Positions 1 through 13,800 of a stretch of 64,000 nucleotides of DNA are shown here, in pieces (positions within the stretch are counted from its first letter, which is position 1; every line of letters starts with the position of its first letter). A program made the position numbers and the translations under genes. The stretch comes from Marsupella aquatica (taxonomy: Eukaryota; Plantae; Marchantiophyta). The stretch is from contig OZ316893.1 of NCBI GenBank assembly GCA_973895155.1, forward strand, positions 24,975,520 through 25,039,519, read 5' to 3'. The notes under the pieces are model-generated. The model was not told the DNA's origin. It saw only the letters and a program-made list of their open reading frames with translations, and searched no databases.

Positions 1-2599
1 GGGCCGCTGCTCAACATGTGGACTATCCTGCTTTTGCTGCTTTGGCAAGTGATACTCTTTGCAAAATTTCACTCTCATTACTCTACTCATTGGTATGGCT
101 ATTATGTGCTTTATCCTCCCGGTTAAGTACTAAGACAATTTCAATTTGTAAAAATATTTCAAACTCCATTTGACAAGATTAACTATGATGATGAAATTTT
201 GTACCATGCAATGATGAGAAAAAAAGTCTTGGCTCACAACTTCTTACTATAGCTCTTACGGTACTAAAATACAAGGATTTGTTGGTTTTTACAAGAGAAA
301 GAGAACAGTACTAAAAGAAAAATTGTTCTTCTTAGCAAAAACTCACAAATATCAACTGCTTAAGGTGAAGTGGGGCCTTTACAACAATTTAGGTTCGTTG
401 AACAGTTTTGGAGCATTGAAGTTTTTGGCATGTACAAGAACAAGCAAGCTTACCCACTTTTGACTCTAATAAAATTCAAGCTTACAAGACCAAATACCCA
501 TGTCATATGAACAGGAAGGGCTCCCCTACCCAGATTCTCCACATGTGCCATCCCTACTCAAAAGCTTCTAAATATAAACTTCTCCCTTGCTAGAGAATTA
601 GGACTGATGGCTTCACTCTACAGAGTAGTCATGACTGGTAGGCTTTGATCATTAATCATAGATACTAGCCTCTTTACCTGTTCTTAAACACAAATAGAGG
701 TGACGGCTAAGGAAGGCCTTGCAAAAGATTTCTTCCCTTACTATTTCCCGTTCATCTTTACCGCCTCCCTGTTTTCTGTATGCACCCTCACTTTCAGTTA
801 GGTCCTTAGAGCCATGGTCTAATCATTTCACTCTAGACAAGTAGGCTCAGAAAGTAGCTTTTGATTGCGCTTAATTAGTTAGTTAGTTAGATAGATAAAT
901 AGATTCAGTACACAAGTCTAGGTGGAGAGTGTTATGAGCAAAATTCTCCAAGGTACCTGCCCTGTAATTTCACCTTAGTGTTCTTAAAGTAGTAACAATA
1001 AAATAAAGGTTTGTAGGATTGGTGAATCAACAATAGTTTGGCAAGCTTACTCTTCTTATATATTAGAAATATCATATACTAGCCTGATTACCCATTTCTT
1101 GAATGTAACTCGACATGAGTAAAGAAAATAGCCTCACAGAAAAAAGGAATCCATCCATTTTTGTTCATCTTTGCCCCCATCCTGTTTATTATCTGCACTC
1201 TCACTTCCAGTTATGCCCCCAGTTGTACCCATGGTCTACATGCTTCACTCTAGACAGTAGGCCCATGGAGTACCTTTGGATTGTGCTTTGTTAGTTAGAT
1301 TATATTTAACCCGCACACTCAATTGTGTGTTCTATCTTTTGGATTCATTGTTCCACTGGAAGATAAGGATTAGCATGTGATGATCAAATTATGGGGCCTG
1401 AAAGTGCACGTGTTCAGTATTCAGTTTATATGAGAGGGGGTGCAGCTTGGCATGGGGGTGATTAGAAGCTTGTTTTAGGCTGTCTTGAAGAAAGTTGAAG
1501 AAAGTTAAAACTTCAGTATGGTTTTATATGATTTAAAGCATCACAGGCAAAGAATTGTTCATGAAAATGGTTTTGGATAATGTTTTGAAACTCTTTAATG
1601 ATTGGGTGTGTTGAGAGAAAGATTCCAAATGAAATTTGAAATTTTGCATGAACTGAATTACTAATTCAATATCATTTCTTTGACAGTATTGATTGTTTAT
1701 TTGCAGGTGTCATGTGCTCACCTAAAACCTATGACACGAAAAGAGCTTGATAGTAGAGAAAAAAGGATTCCAAACCTCAATCAAAGTGTCCGCGCATGGT
1801 CCTTCGATTCAAGAAGCACAGACTCTGCAAGCACTCCTAGGACAATGCTAATTTCACCAACACAATCTTCTCAAGTTGCAAGCAAACCTTCAAGGCCCAC
1901 AACAAGTGAATCCATCAGTTTTGCACCTAAGGTTCACACTAGGAAATTCAACTAGTTATGCTTTCACTCTCCCTCAAATGAACAGAATGAAGTTCTTGTG
2001 TTCTAGCTTCAAGAGAATTGGTTTTTGTCCTATGTGGGATTCTTATGTGCGTGTGCCCTGTGTGGCTTCCCCTCATCTGTGAGGTTTATGCGGAATTAGC
2101 TCTGCGAGATTTAACATCAGCAGTTTGTAAGACATTTTATAATTGCATATCACACCAATTAATGTTAAGCTGCCTTCCAGAATGATACCGAAAAATGATA
2201 ATAGTCTATCTTCATTTCACACAAACTTAGGCTAAGCAAATAACATGTGATGAAGATACTTTAGTTCAGTAGTTTTATGTATTGCAACACATTGCACTCT
2301 GCCTTTGAGACCTGCTGCCCCCTAAGCGGATGCACCACAGCAATAGCTAAGGGTAGTGTCCACTGACCATGGTAACAGGGATTGTGCCTCAACCGTGATA
2401 GCAGTCAACCATCAAGGTGGTCTTCCAGTACCATACCCAATGAACATTGTTTACAACACTGTCCATTGACAGTTGATACAATGAACTAAAGTGTAAAGCA
2501 AAAACCCCATCAAGGGGGAGTGTTCACTTTGCAAGTTAAATGACTATTAAAGCAAAATGTGAACAAGATGTAAACCTTTGCCCTTGCCTTGAAGGTCTG

Positions 2600-3830
2600 A
2601 ACTCAAGATTAGATTTGGGAATTCTCTTGCATAAAGAGAAAACTCTTGAAGGGATTTAACATACTCAAATAAGTGAAAGCATTTTCAGAGGAGAACCGAA
2701 ATATACACAAAAGAGAAAATGTTAGAGGGATTTAAGGATTTAAGCATTCTCTTCCGTACAGTACAAAAATATACAAAGAGGTAAATCTTGAAAGGACATA
2801 AAGGATTTGTGCCTTCTGTTAGTACAGGAACGGATCTGACATGACATTCTGGGTCCATTAGATATATAATAATTATTATCTACAACTATAATAAGGGATT
2901 CTACATTTTTTGACCTTCATCCCAATAAAAAAAAGCTAATGGGCGTGAAAGATCCACATCCATTGGATTTGTTTGGCTGTTTTCCCTGACCATTGATGAA
3001 AGAAATGGACACCCCTAGTGCATATGCGCTTCCCCATGCTACCCCATAAATGCCCCGGCCTGACTCCCTATGGGCCGTCTCTCCTTGCGACGTGCAACGC
3101 ATGGGCATAGGGCTCATAAGCTACAATTGTCCAAGAAGATGCAAAGAGAAAATTCTTGAAGGTATTCAAGCACTTGGGCATTCTGGACCATAAAGTACAC
3201 ACAGAGAACGTCTTAAAGGGATTTAAGGATTTGAGCATTCTCTTCCTTAAAAGTACATAAACATACAAAAGACAGACATGTTACAGGGATTCAAGTATTT
3301 GGGCATTCTCTTCCTTAAAGTACAGAAAACATACAAAAGACAAGATCTTAAAGGGATTTAAGGACTCGGGCATTCTCGTCCTCAAAGTACAGAAAATACA
3401 AAAGACAGAGATTTGGGCATTCTCTTCCTTAAAGTACAGAAAATACAAAAGACAGAGATATAGGTATTTGGGCATTCGGGCATTCTCTTCCTTAAAGTAC
3501 AGAAAAATACAAAAGACAGAGATTTAAGGATTTGGGCATCCTCTTCCATTAAGTACAGAAAAATGCAAAGACAGAGATTTAAGGATTTGGGCATTCTCTT
3601 CCTTAAAGTAGAAAAATACAAAAGACAGAGATAAGAGATTCAAGGATTTGGGCATTCAGTTCCTTAAAGTACAGAAACATACAAAGAGGAACATCTCAAA
3701 GTGATTTGGATTTGGTCGTCATTCTCTTCCACAAATATAGGAAGAGAATGATATAGAAAGCGAAAATTCTTGATAGGATCCGAAGATTTGGGCATTCTCG
3801 TCGAGAAATCTCTTTCCTTTAATTTAATTA
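2600..3830. repeat. Degenerate minisatellite array (~45-65 bp unit) just upstream of the TruB gene
   Basis: Unit ~ GGCATTCTCTTCCTTAAAGTACAGAAAATACAAAAGACAGAGATTTAAGGATTT repeated many times. Copies are most homogeneous at ~3160-3690 and diverge toward both ends. Boundaries are approximate. Confidence 0.9.
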
Positions 3831-4011
3831 AGGTCGAGAAGTATACCAATAGAGCAATCTTCACGGGATTTATCGATACTCGAATCTCGATGAGAGCTTT
3901 TTCAGAGCAGACTGATGTACGCAGAAAATCCTCAGGTGGCTCGAGCTGCTGCGCATGAGAGATCCAGCGATGGCGATCTAACAATCCTCTCGTCGTGGCC
4001 GCAGAGCAGGG

Positions 4012-7000
4012 ATGACGGGCATGCTTGCCAACGCCGGGGCGATGCCCGCTCGTTCTCCGCACCTCAATCTCAAGCTCGAATCCTTCCGCAAGCTCAAATC
4101 CGCGTTCGCCACCCCTCTACCTCGCTCATGGAGCGGCAGCGGCAGCCAGCAATCAACTCTGCTCTCTGGAGATGGCGTCCCTGCAACGACGACGATTGCT
4201 GCTGCGTTTAGAGCGAGGGGAGATGGCCGGGAGGAGAAGATAACGAGGAGGCTGCCCGTTTTCGGTTCATTCGGTGGCCAGGGTGATGGAGATGAAGAAG
4301 AACGCGCTGGCACTAGGTCGAAGCATTACGGTACGAGGTATTCTCATCCTGAGCTGAAAGCTTCATGGACTCGCCCTCGCGCAGAAAAGGCGGACGTCGA
4401 TGGGAGCAGGCAGACGAAATGGACTCGTTCGCCAGAGCGGAACGCGAATCGTCAGAATTTCAGCAGCAGCAGAGCTGCATTCGGAACCAATGTAGTGGCT
4501 AGAAACAATGGTGGAGGAGGAGCACGACGACGGCGAGGGGAATTGGGAAACGAGGGCAGTAGCAGTAGCAAAAGCAGCAGCAGCAGCAGCAGGAGGGGGA
4601 GTTCAGGGTTTCAAGGTGCTGCGGAGAATGATGATCTTGCGAGAGAGGAGCGGAGGGCAGTGTTCGAGAAGTGGGCGTGGGAAAAATTTAGGGAGGCTGG
4701 AACCACGGCCCTGCCGGCTATAGAGGAGATGAGACGAACTTTCGCTCCAGGATCTCCCCGGCTGGGCCCTCACTTGGTCTCCAGTGGAGTACAACCAGAT
4801 ACAAATTTCGCCATGCAGAAAAACCTTGAGCCCCGTCAAACAGTGGGTAGAAGTAGTTTCATTGGCTCACCAATTGCGGATTACCGGAATTCAGGCAGGA
4901 TAGCAAGTGCAAACGGAGGATATGGAAGTAGTAGAGTGGATCGTCGAGGCTCATCATCGTCGCCTACTAGCAGGTTTGGAGCAGGCATGTCTGAGCACCA
5001 GCTCGTGGCTAGATCAAGCACAAGATCCGAGTCATGGTCCCCGAGATCTTCAGCAACCAGCCCGGGCAGCAGATCTGCATCGAATATAGCCTCGAGCGTG
5101 GGAATCCAATTTCCTGCAGAGGAATCTGGAAAGACCACGAGGGAAGAGACTGGTGGAAAACCAGTTCCAGAGCCCCTCCTTGTGAAGAGGAAAATGAAGT
5201 TCCCAATCAATTTTTATGGACGTGCGGGAACTGTCATGCTGGTTGACAAACCCCAAGGTATGTCGCATTGAAATCAGCTTGGGGCTGGTAATGCCGTAAT
5301 GTACATAATAAGAATTTTCGCAAAGTGTGCCTCTGCAGTCAGAAGAAAACCATTCTAGCCTGTAATTTGGGTGGGGTGACGATTTAGGCTTAGACTGTAA
5401 GATTTAAGATTTAGGGTTTAGGGTTTAAGGTTACTTCTCGAGAGCCTTACTCAAGCGTCCGAGGGACAAATTTTTAAGATTCGTTCTGCACGGGAATCCT
5501 CTCATCATTTTAGGGCTATGCTCCTTGACTATACTCGTTAAACCCTCCTTGAAAAATTGAAGGTAATTTTAGAGTACGAAGTGTTCGAGAGGGCTCATTT
5601 GTGAGGGTCCTCAATTGACTGGTGTTTTGGGAGAAGTGAATCTAATCTAGGCCTTCGACTTCAGTATCGGTCGTCTTCTTTCAGCAGTCACTAGTAGACA
5701 AGAAGACCTCAGAGTACAAATTGATTTCCGTTCTAATTGGTTGATTACCATGTACCTTGTGGATGCCAGGTTGGACATCCTTTGCAGTTTGTGCGAAACT
5801 GCGACACTTGCTCAAAATTCAGAAGGTTCATGTCTTCCCTGAACCACAGCCTTTTGTATCTGAAGCAGAGGACATTAATTGTTTTTGATTTCCCTTTTGA
5901 GTTCTGTCAAAGCCATGGGGTCGATTCCAAAATATCAATTGGGCATTCTGCCAGGAACCAATTCAAAGGCAATCAAAATTGTTTATACATTAGGTCCTGA
6001 ACTTTTGCCCACGTCGTTTGAAAGTAGACAGAGCCTGATATACAGAACACATTAATCAAGTTGAATCACGCGTTTCTAAGTGTCGAGGTCAATTCGACAA
6101 ATGCATCGTAGTTTTGTGAGAAATTCTGAATGACCAGTCCGTTTCCTGACTTCAATGGGCCATTAGAGGAGAACAGCAGATGAGCACACACAAACGAAAA
6201 GAAAACGAAGAAAAAAGAGAAGTGAAGAGAACGGAAAAGTAAAAATGCGGGAAATAAAACCGAAGAGGTAGAAATAAGGAAGCTTAAGCACCACAATTCG
6301 GTGGCCTCCTTGACATAGATACAAGCGATGGAGGATTTTAATATTTATTGTTCGACAGGTCGGACATGCCGGTACACTAGATCCTATGGCAACTGGCTTA
6401 TTAATTGTTTGTTTGGCAAAGGCAACAAAACTGGCTGACAGGTATGTCCAATTCCAATCTACAATTCCAATGCATCCTTTTTGTTGAGGTGGGTTGGCAG
6501 ACTGCACAGTAGGCATGTTTTGGTCTCATGACCAAGAATTCACTTCGCGAGCTGGCTTTGTAGGTGTTCGATTTCATCTGATGGCCTCACCTGATCCTAG
6601 AGTAATGGTTTTAAGATGGATTCTCTTCGGTCTTTCTGAAAGACAATTTTTGTACCGGCTTCTTTGGGATATATGACTTACTTTGTCCATGATCAGCTTT
6701 CAAGCAATGACAAAGGTGTATTCTGGAACTTTTCGGCTTGGGGAGTTGACACCCTCTTTGGATGCAGACACAGAGGTTGGTAAACTCACCTAAAATATAT
6801 CCAAAACCTTGGCGTTTTGAAAGGATTCAAACATGATCAAAGAACAGGTGTCGTTCCATGAAACCTAGTTTCGGTTCGAATCTACACTCTGTCCGGAAGG
6901 CACTTTTTCTTGCGTGGTAGCCTGAAGCTGTATCAATAATTTTGAGTTTCTAATTGGCATATCTTCCGACGAGTAACCAGCAGACTTTAGTCTCTTTGAA

Positions 7001-8781
7001 ACTTTACAAAGAATATGATTACAACCTCAAAGCCAACTTGGATTAAAAAGGGATGATGGTTCTGAACATGTGACCGTGATATGAATCTATTCTCGCAAAG
7101 GATTTTGAGACCTTTAGATGTTGAGGGACGCGTATCATACGTCTGTCGTACAGGTATCAGATGTGTTACCCTGGGAACACATTACTGATGATCAGCTTGA
7201 GCAAGCAAAGCAAGAATTCGTCGGTGACATATTTCAAACGCCTCCCATGTACTCTGCCATCAAGGTATGATACACTACCCGTAATAGTGGATTTTCACAT
7301 AATGTGGTTTTTTTAACTTAAGAAACTTACATCACAGTATGTCAAGGATAATAAGTGTTGTCGTAACAGCTCTGGCACTGTACTGGCAGAAGATGCTGTC
7401 GAGTTATTCTGCAGCTTTCCTGTTCAATTTTTGTATCGGGGGCCTTAGTTCCACGTCTTCCTCCTAGATCCAGGGAGAGAGGTATGGGCGTGACAGTTGT
7501 GCGTGCTATGGTTCTTCAGGTTGATGGAGAGAGACTATATGTGAAAGCTAGGAAAGGAGAGAAAATAGAAATACCGGCAAGGTTGGTGACGGTGAACGAT
7601 TTTCAATTGGAGAGGAGCCCTGAGAACAGGTGACGTTTTGGTTTTCATTGAGTTTTGTTGAGGATAGTGTGGTTGTATCATTCAGTCTTAATCTATTTCG
7701 ACATGGAATATACGAAGCTCGTGATGGATAAGGTGAGGGTTTAAGCTTTGTTTGATAAGTGGACTTGACGTTGACAGTGCTAGTTCTTTGCTCTGTCCAA
7801 AGTAGGGTCTCTCGCCTATTCAGTGGTACCTTGCAAGTCCAACGTATGATACTTTGGAGAAATTTGAACTATTTTAAACTAGAAACAGTCAGTAGTGCCT
7901 AGATTAGGTCTTCCGTTCGTTTCGATTTTGTTGTCTGCTTGATAGCATCCAGCTATAGAAGTCCTTCCAACTCGAAGTGGTGCCCACTATGGCAGCTAAG
8001 ACATGACAGTACGTTCACATGGTGTCTTATAGTTGAGAGCCCGACTTGAGTATGACGAGAGCATCAAATCATATAAATCAATTTTAAATTGTGGACATTG
8101 AGATTAAATCTAGATCTACGTATGAAAGCAGTATCAATCTTACTGGGAGCAAACAGGGCCTTAAGCTTGATCGGTTGTGATTTGACTTTCGATTTTGTGA
8201 TTTCGCAGGCAGGATATCCATTTCAAAGTTACATGCTCCAAAGGAACTTATATACGGTCACTATGTGCTGACTTAGCTCGGGCTGTTGGCAGGTGAGGGT
8301 AGGGTAGGGCTTTCACTTTCCTGATACGTAGAAATTCTTTACGAGGTAATGCTTCAGGCAATGCCAAACGGCTGCTGCTGTTTGTATTATAGTTTTATTT
8401 TGCTGAAGTGTCACTGATTATTATTCGCTGACTTGCAGCTATGGTCATCTTACTGCCCTACGACGGGAAAAAATAGGTATTTCTTGTCCCTTTTCCTCTG
8501 AAACTTGTCAAAGGTTGTGTGTGGGACAACTAAAGCCAAGCAGATACATTTTGAAATTTCCACAGGTTTTGAGCAACTGTGATTATCATATGATATCAGC
8601 ATTAGATGCCCTTTCATCTTGAACTTCAGATTGAAAGGATATGCAAACATCGATGTGGATCTGAATTGTTACCTGATGGAATGCAGGAAAATATAACGTT
8701 AAAGATGCCTGGCCGATTCTAGAGTTTGTGGAGCAGTACTCTCAAGGACGGGACCCTGTTGCAATCCACGCTAAAACTTGA
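4012..8781 (+). CDS. TRUB: TruB-family tRNA pseudouridine(55) synthase with a long low-complexity N-terminal extension (probably organelle-targeted); 9 exons
   Basis: Exons (all GT-AG, frame-consistent): 4012-5257, 5770-5825, 6359-6441, 6697-6775, 7154-7264, 7520-7629, 8209-8292, 8439-8476, 8687-8781. Motifs: [30 protein letters not shown] (catalytic Asp), [45 protein letters not shown]. The start could instead be the ATG at 4021. Confidence 0.93.
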
Positions 8782-9843
8782 GCTAGTTTCTGGCAGTGTT
8801 CATTTCAATGACTGAACGTGAATAGAGAAAACGCCATTCACCATCTACGAGTATGTTTCTTTATTATTTCCCGGCCTTCCTAGTCCCACTCTTATTGTCC
8901 CAATGTCGTCTATGCTGATACAAAGGAGCTAGCTATTCCATCATGAACAGTTAGGAGCTGGCCTTAAGTTCCCCTCTCTCCACTTCCCATCCTCTGAGCA
9001 AAAGTTTTTCTCTGGCTCCCTTAACAGGTTAATTGGCCAGAAGTTTCCTTCTTAGCTCAGGACCTGCAAATTCAGCATGATTGTTCATGAAGTCTGCTAA
9101 AACGTGCATTTTCCCTGAAGGATTGCCGCCTGCTTGAATTGTGCCCCCGCGAGATGAGCTATTTGCATTGATAAATCATCATCATTTCCTGAACTTTCAG
9201 GCGCATGGACAGACTCCAACAAAATTTGATACTGAATTCAAGCAAAAGAATTGTCTATACTGACAGTAAAGCGGATGACCTGTACGTACGATTTTACCAA
9301 ACCAAAGATTCCTAAATCCGGGAACAACTGAATAAAACAATGAAATGTTGTCCAATGATCTGACAATAGTGGAAGATCAATGGGGGATTGAATAATATAT
9401 CCAACATTGTTGATATGGGACAAATTATAGTAAGCTATCCAAAATGGCAATTTCTCGCCTTATCCCATTATCAACATCAATTTAGGTGGTGAAGATTTCA
9501 AGGTGCCATCAATTATGAAGTATTGACTTTCCTGTTGCAATTGTAATAAAGTGCGAGCAATCCCAGTCATGGAACCTCTGATTTAGAGGTTCCATGAACG
9601 TGAACTCTGATATAGAGTTCACGTTCAAATCTCCATGACTTCGTCCTTGAACTCAACTTCAAAAGTATCACTCATTCTGTCTCTAGGATGTACATAGCTG
9701 GAGGTGCATTGGTCAGTGAAGATATACCATGTGCCCATGCAGTTGTCTATAAGTTAGAGAAGGTGGACGATGGGTGTTAATTGAAGGGTGCAGAGGAGCT
9801 GGTTGCCAAATTCTGTTCTTTCCGGGAAGTTTCATCACGAAGG

Positions 9844-9884
9844 TTTAGGGTTTAGGGTTTAGGGTCCCTAAACCCTGAACCCTA
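9844..9884. repeat. Interstitial plant telomeric repeats, head-to-head
   Basis: (TTTAGGG)3-T-CCCTAAA-CCCTGAA-CCCTA read directly from the sequence. Confidence 0.85.
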
Positions 9885-10321
9885 TACACATCCACCGTAT
9901 GTTGCCAGAAAGAGAGCGCAGGGCAGTCCTCAACTTCATAATCCATTGAAATGTGACGCTCAGCTTTGGCCATCCTGTATCCTTGGAAGCAATAGGGCAT
10001 GTGAAAAGAGCTCCACAAAGGAGGTACGGGCAAGGACAAAAACATTCTTATATGGTCTGGACATAATTCCTTGCAGGCTACCTTACTACCACTAAGAATC
10101 TTGTGTCCCAAAACTTTTCAGCCCTAAGACTTTTCTTATGGCTGAATTAACTTTGACACCCCTAAGAACTCCCTCAGATGTTTCAAATTTCTTGTAAAAG
10201 TCGAATTGGTATCGATTTTAAAGGGGAGCCACTCACACCAACCATTACTGTCCCCTTGGCCGAGAAGTTGGACATGTGCCACGTTATTGATAATGGTGCG
10301 ATCCACTAAGGCAACAGCATG

Positions 10322-10563
10322 TTACGTAAGGATCGTCCTTCCTCAAGTCGTCCAATTTGGCCTCCCAAGATATAATTGGTGATTAATCAGTGGTAAACTA
10401 TCGCTGATTACGTAAGGTTAGTCTTGCTTCAAGTCGTCGGATTTTTGCCTCGTGAGTTATCACCGGTGATTGATCAGTTGTCGACTATCGCTTATAATGT
10501 AAGGATCGTCCTTCTTCGAGTCGTCCGATCTTAACCTCCTGAGTTACAATTGGTAAACTATTG
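10322..10563. repeat. ~87-bp tandem repeat, ~2.8 copies
   Basis: Units begin TTACGTAAGGATCGTCCTTCCTCAAGTCGTCC, TTACGTAAGGTTAGTCTTGCTTCAAGTCGTCG and ATGTAAGGATCGTCCTTCTTCGAGTCGTCC, and end ...ACTATYGCT. Confidence 0.85.
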
Positions 10564-10803
10564 CTCGTTTCCGCATTCATGTCAGTCTGCACGGGAGGTA
10601 CGCCTTTTAACAACCAGAAAATTGCAAATCTTTTTAAAACATATGTAAACTTGCAACATTACATTAACTTGACGTCAGTCTGCAAACATGTAAATAGGGA
10701 CTTACTGGACAGACTAGTGTACCCGAGTTCGACGCAACTAGTGGTAGGGGACATCTCCAATCAAGCAATCCAAATGCCCAGCAAAATTAACTTACCTTCA
10801 AAA

Positions 10804-13800
10804 CTATGGTGATTCCTTCTCGTGCACTAACTCACAAGGGCACAGTCGGCGAGAATAAGGATGAAAGCCTTCACAAGAGAAGGAGACCTTTCCTGCACTG
10901 TACAGACACGCTCCAGGATGCTGTCCAGGCAAACAACACACATTCCTCAATGACAGAAGATAGAATATGGAGGCAGTTGTTCTCCCATCGTGCCACGTCT
11001 TGAAAGCTATGAATATATATAAAGAGAACAGATTATTCCAATGCATGTCGAGTACACTAGAATGAGCTCATTTTGGAAATTCTGTTAGATCATGTCGACC
11101 TACCATGTGCCGGGGTGCGGTACTGACTACTTCTGCAGGCTGTTCTTGCCCTGAGCTTGCTATGCATGCCTCTTTACAATTCAAGTACTTCTTCAGCCTG
11201 CAGAATTCCGCCAAAACGAATTCGGTAACTTGTCATGAAGTTGGTTCTTGTAATGAAAAAAACTGATGCACTAAGATAGACATTTCCGACAATTTATAAG
11301 TACGGATAAATTTTCTAATAATCAGAAGAAGTGAAGCATTCTGTAATTACATTGTACACTTGTTTAGTTCTGCAAGTGCACTGAATTTGCACGTCTTCCC
11401 TCTCCCTTTACATGCTGTCTCACATGACTGCCCTTGCCTGCATTTCCATTCTACACCGTAAGTACGTTTGCACTTGAGCAAAGTGTGGCAGCACAAGCAG
11501 ACAAAACGTGAGACACAATCAGTAGCAGTAACCAGAGGCCAACCATTACCTGCCGATTACAATGGTCAGGTTCTCCAAGTCTTCACCATCTCTCTCTGGT
11601 TGTTGATCTACATAAATGGAAGGAACTGGATTAGGATCATTAAAACTGTCTTTCAATTACGTCTACGACACATTGCCGCGAACATGGCAGCATGTTCTGA
11701 TTAAGGGATGGCTCAGGACATGCCTCTGAAACTGATCCGTCCTCTGTTTCTATAAACAAAACAAAATAGAGTCATAACAATTGACGGTGACATGAGAGCT
11801 CGATGGGGACATGAATTCGCCATATAGCCCAAGGGCTACTTAGCAGATTTTTCCGATTACTTCTAACAGAACTCCAGCATACTTCAAGAATGGTCTAAGT
11901 TGAAAAGTAGAAAACCAAACAACCAACTCCGCCTATATGAAATACCTGCTGGGTTGTCTTCAAGGGCAAAACAATGATGGTCTTCGCTTGCATATGCATT
12001 CTCATGGACCTGTCAAACGATAAGCCTTTAGTGTTTATGTAAGACAGCGCATTGGGTTCTCATCTGAATTCGGTAGAGTTCAACATTATGTTAGGTGCCT
12101 AGCTCTTCAGCCATTCATTACGGTATCACCTAATTGTATCTGACTCCGTAGAGAGGACACTATAATTTTTTGAATACAGATACATCTGAATCAGATGTTC
12201 TACCGTATATGTACAAACATTGGTGCGCTTCACGCAGTCTCACATATTCTGCAAGTTTGGACATAGGAGTTCACAATGGGAAGTTTTCGATGCCCGTTTT
12301 TTCTACCTGTTGAACTATACATAACTAGATAGCGAGTATGTACCTTTGGAGCTACGAATTTTTCTGTACTTACCACACTATCGGAGTTGTGTCTACATCG
12401 GCCGCGGCAATAATCAAAGACGCTAGCACTTGTCCCTGCGACCAAACGGCGACGAAGGACACAACGGGGACATGAGTACACATGACAAGTAGGTGGATAG
12501 ATGGAACGTTCTAAAGAGACCCAATGATCTGACTTGTAGCTCCAGTGACATGAACTCGTATTTCCGCGTCGTCCAGAAGAATCTAACAAGCACAGCTACT
12601 CTATGTTGTTTGTCCTCATCAATTCTCCAAAACAGACTACCATAAAATTATAAATTTCTCCTTCTAACGGTCATTATCAAAAGAACCATAATGAACTATA
12701 GGCAAAGGCAGCCACGTCCTGTGATAGTACCTTACCAGCAGTTACTTGCTTTGCAACTTTGGTATTCAAGGCAATCTCAATAGGTGTCTGCCAAAGACGA
12801 GATCCATGAACTCAGCAATTGAGCTGAAATTTAGACCACAAAAGACGTGGATGAAAATTCAGAGAAGCAGTGAGAAAACACTGACATGCATCGGGTCGAG
12901 GCAGCATGAGACACAAAACTCAAATCCATTGCAGCATCGAGAATCCATTTTGCATCCCCTGAACATCAAATTTTCGTGGTCCTGTATGAGTTGCGGACCC
13001 ATTGCTGTAAAAACAATTTGGGAAATAAGAAGAACCAAGTTTGGCATCCAGAAACGAAGATATACGGACAAAGGAGAAGAGGAAGTACGCATTGGCGACG
13101 AGAATCAATTCATGTCGACTCTCAGAAACCCTAAACCACAATATTCAGCTCTACGCATTGGGGGATTTTAGAGGATGTCTGGAGGGCAAGAGTGGTTGTT
13201 ACCGGCATGAGTACTGTTCATTGTTTTCAGGGCAGCAACCCGTCACAGCATGTACTTCCATTATCTTGCAAATATACCCTGCCCCAAAACGATATCATGG
13301 ACGCTACTAAGAGAAGCCACAGTTTCTTTTCCTCAAAGTTCAATTTCCATCCGTGGGAGAACTCGTTCTGAAATTCGAGGTAAAGAAAGCACAAGGAAGG
13401 GACTGTCAACCGCGCCAACGAGAGCGAGTTTAGAACCCATACCACGGTTATCTGAGCGTAGGTGACGACCTTGGACGGTAGTGTTACACAAAGGCATTGC
13501 TCCCTGCTGCTGCTCAACGTGATCTCTGAAGCCCCATACAAATTTCCATCAGCAACTCAGATTCCCAATTCCCCTCCAGAAATGCCTACTTTTCCAACAA
13601 TGTCTTCCTTGTACCAGTCTTATGCACATTATCACTCCCCAGATTAACAACTGACCAGAGGCATAAGGTTGAGCCATCGTTCATAGCCATGGTAGATTTG
13701 ATCGATTAATTTGTTTCTTTATTTGGCAGCATTGATATTAATTGCGCCATTCCTGTCGTTACAAAATCCATTGCAGCAGTGGTATGCGTGTTGCAGCACC

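Noticed and set aside
1708-1955. Exon-like segment after TTTGCAG, possibly the last exon of an upstream gene
   Set aside because: The Ser/Thr-rich peptide has no recognisable homology and no upstream exons could be linked to it.
3068-3621. Short ORFs with repeated peptides, and the possibility of a CRISPR-like array
   Set aside because: They are translations of a minisatellite. There are no unique spacers and no cas genes, and the context is eukaryotic.
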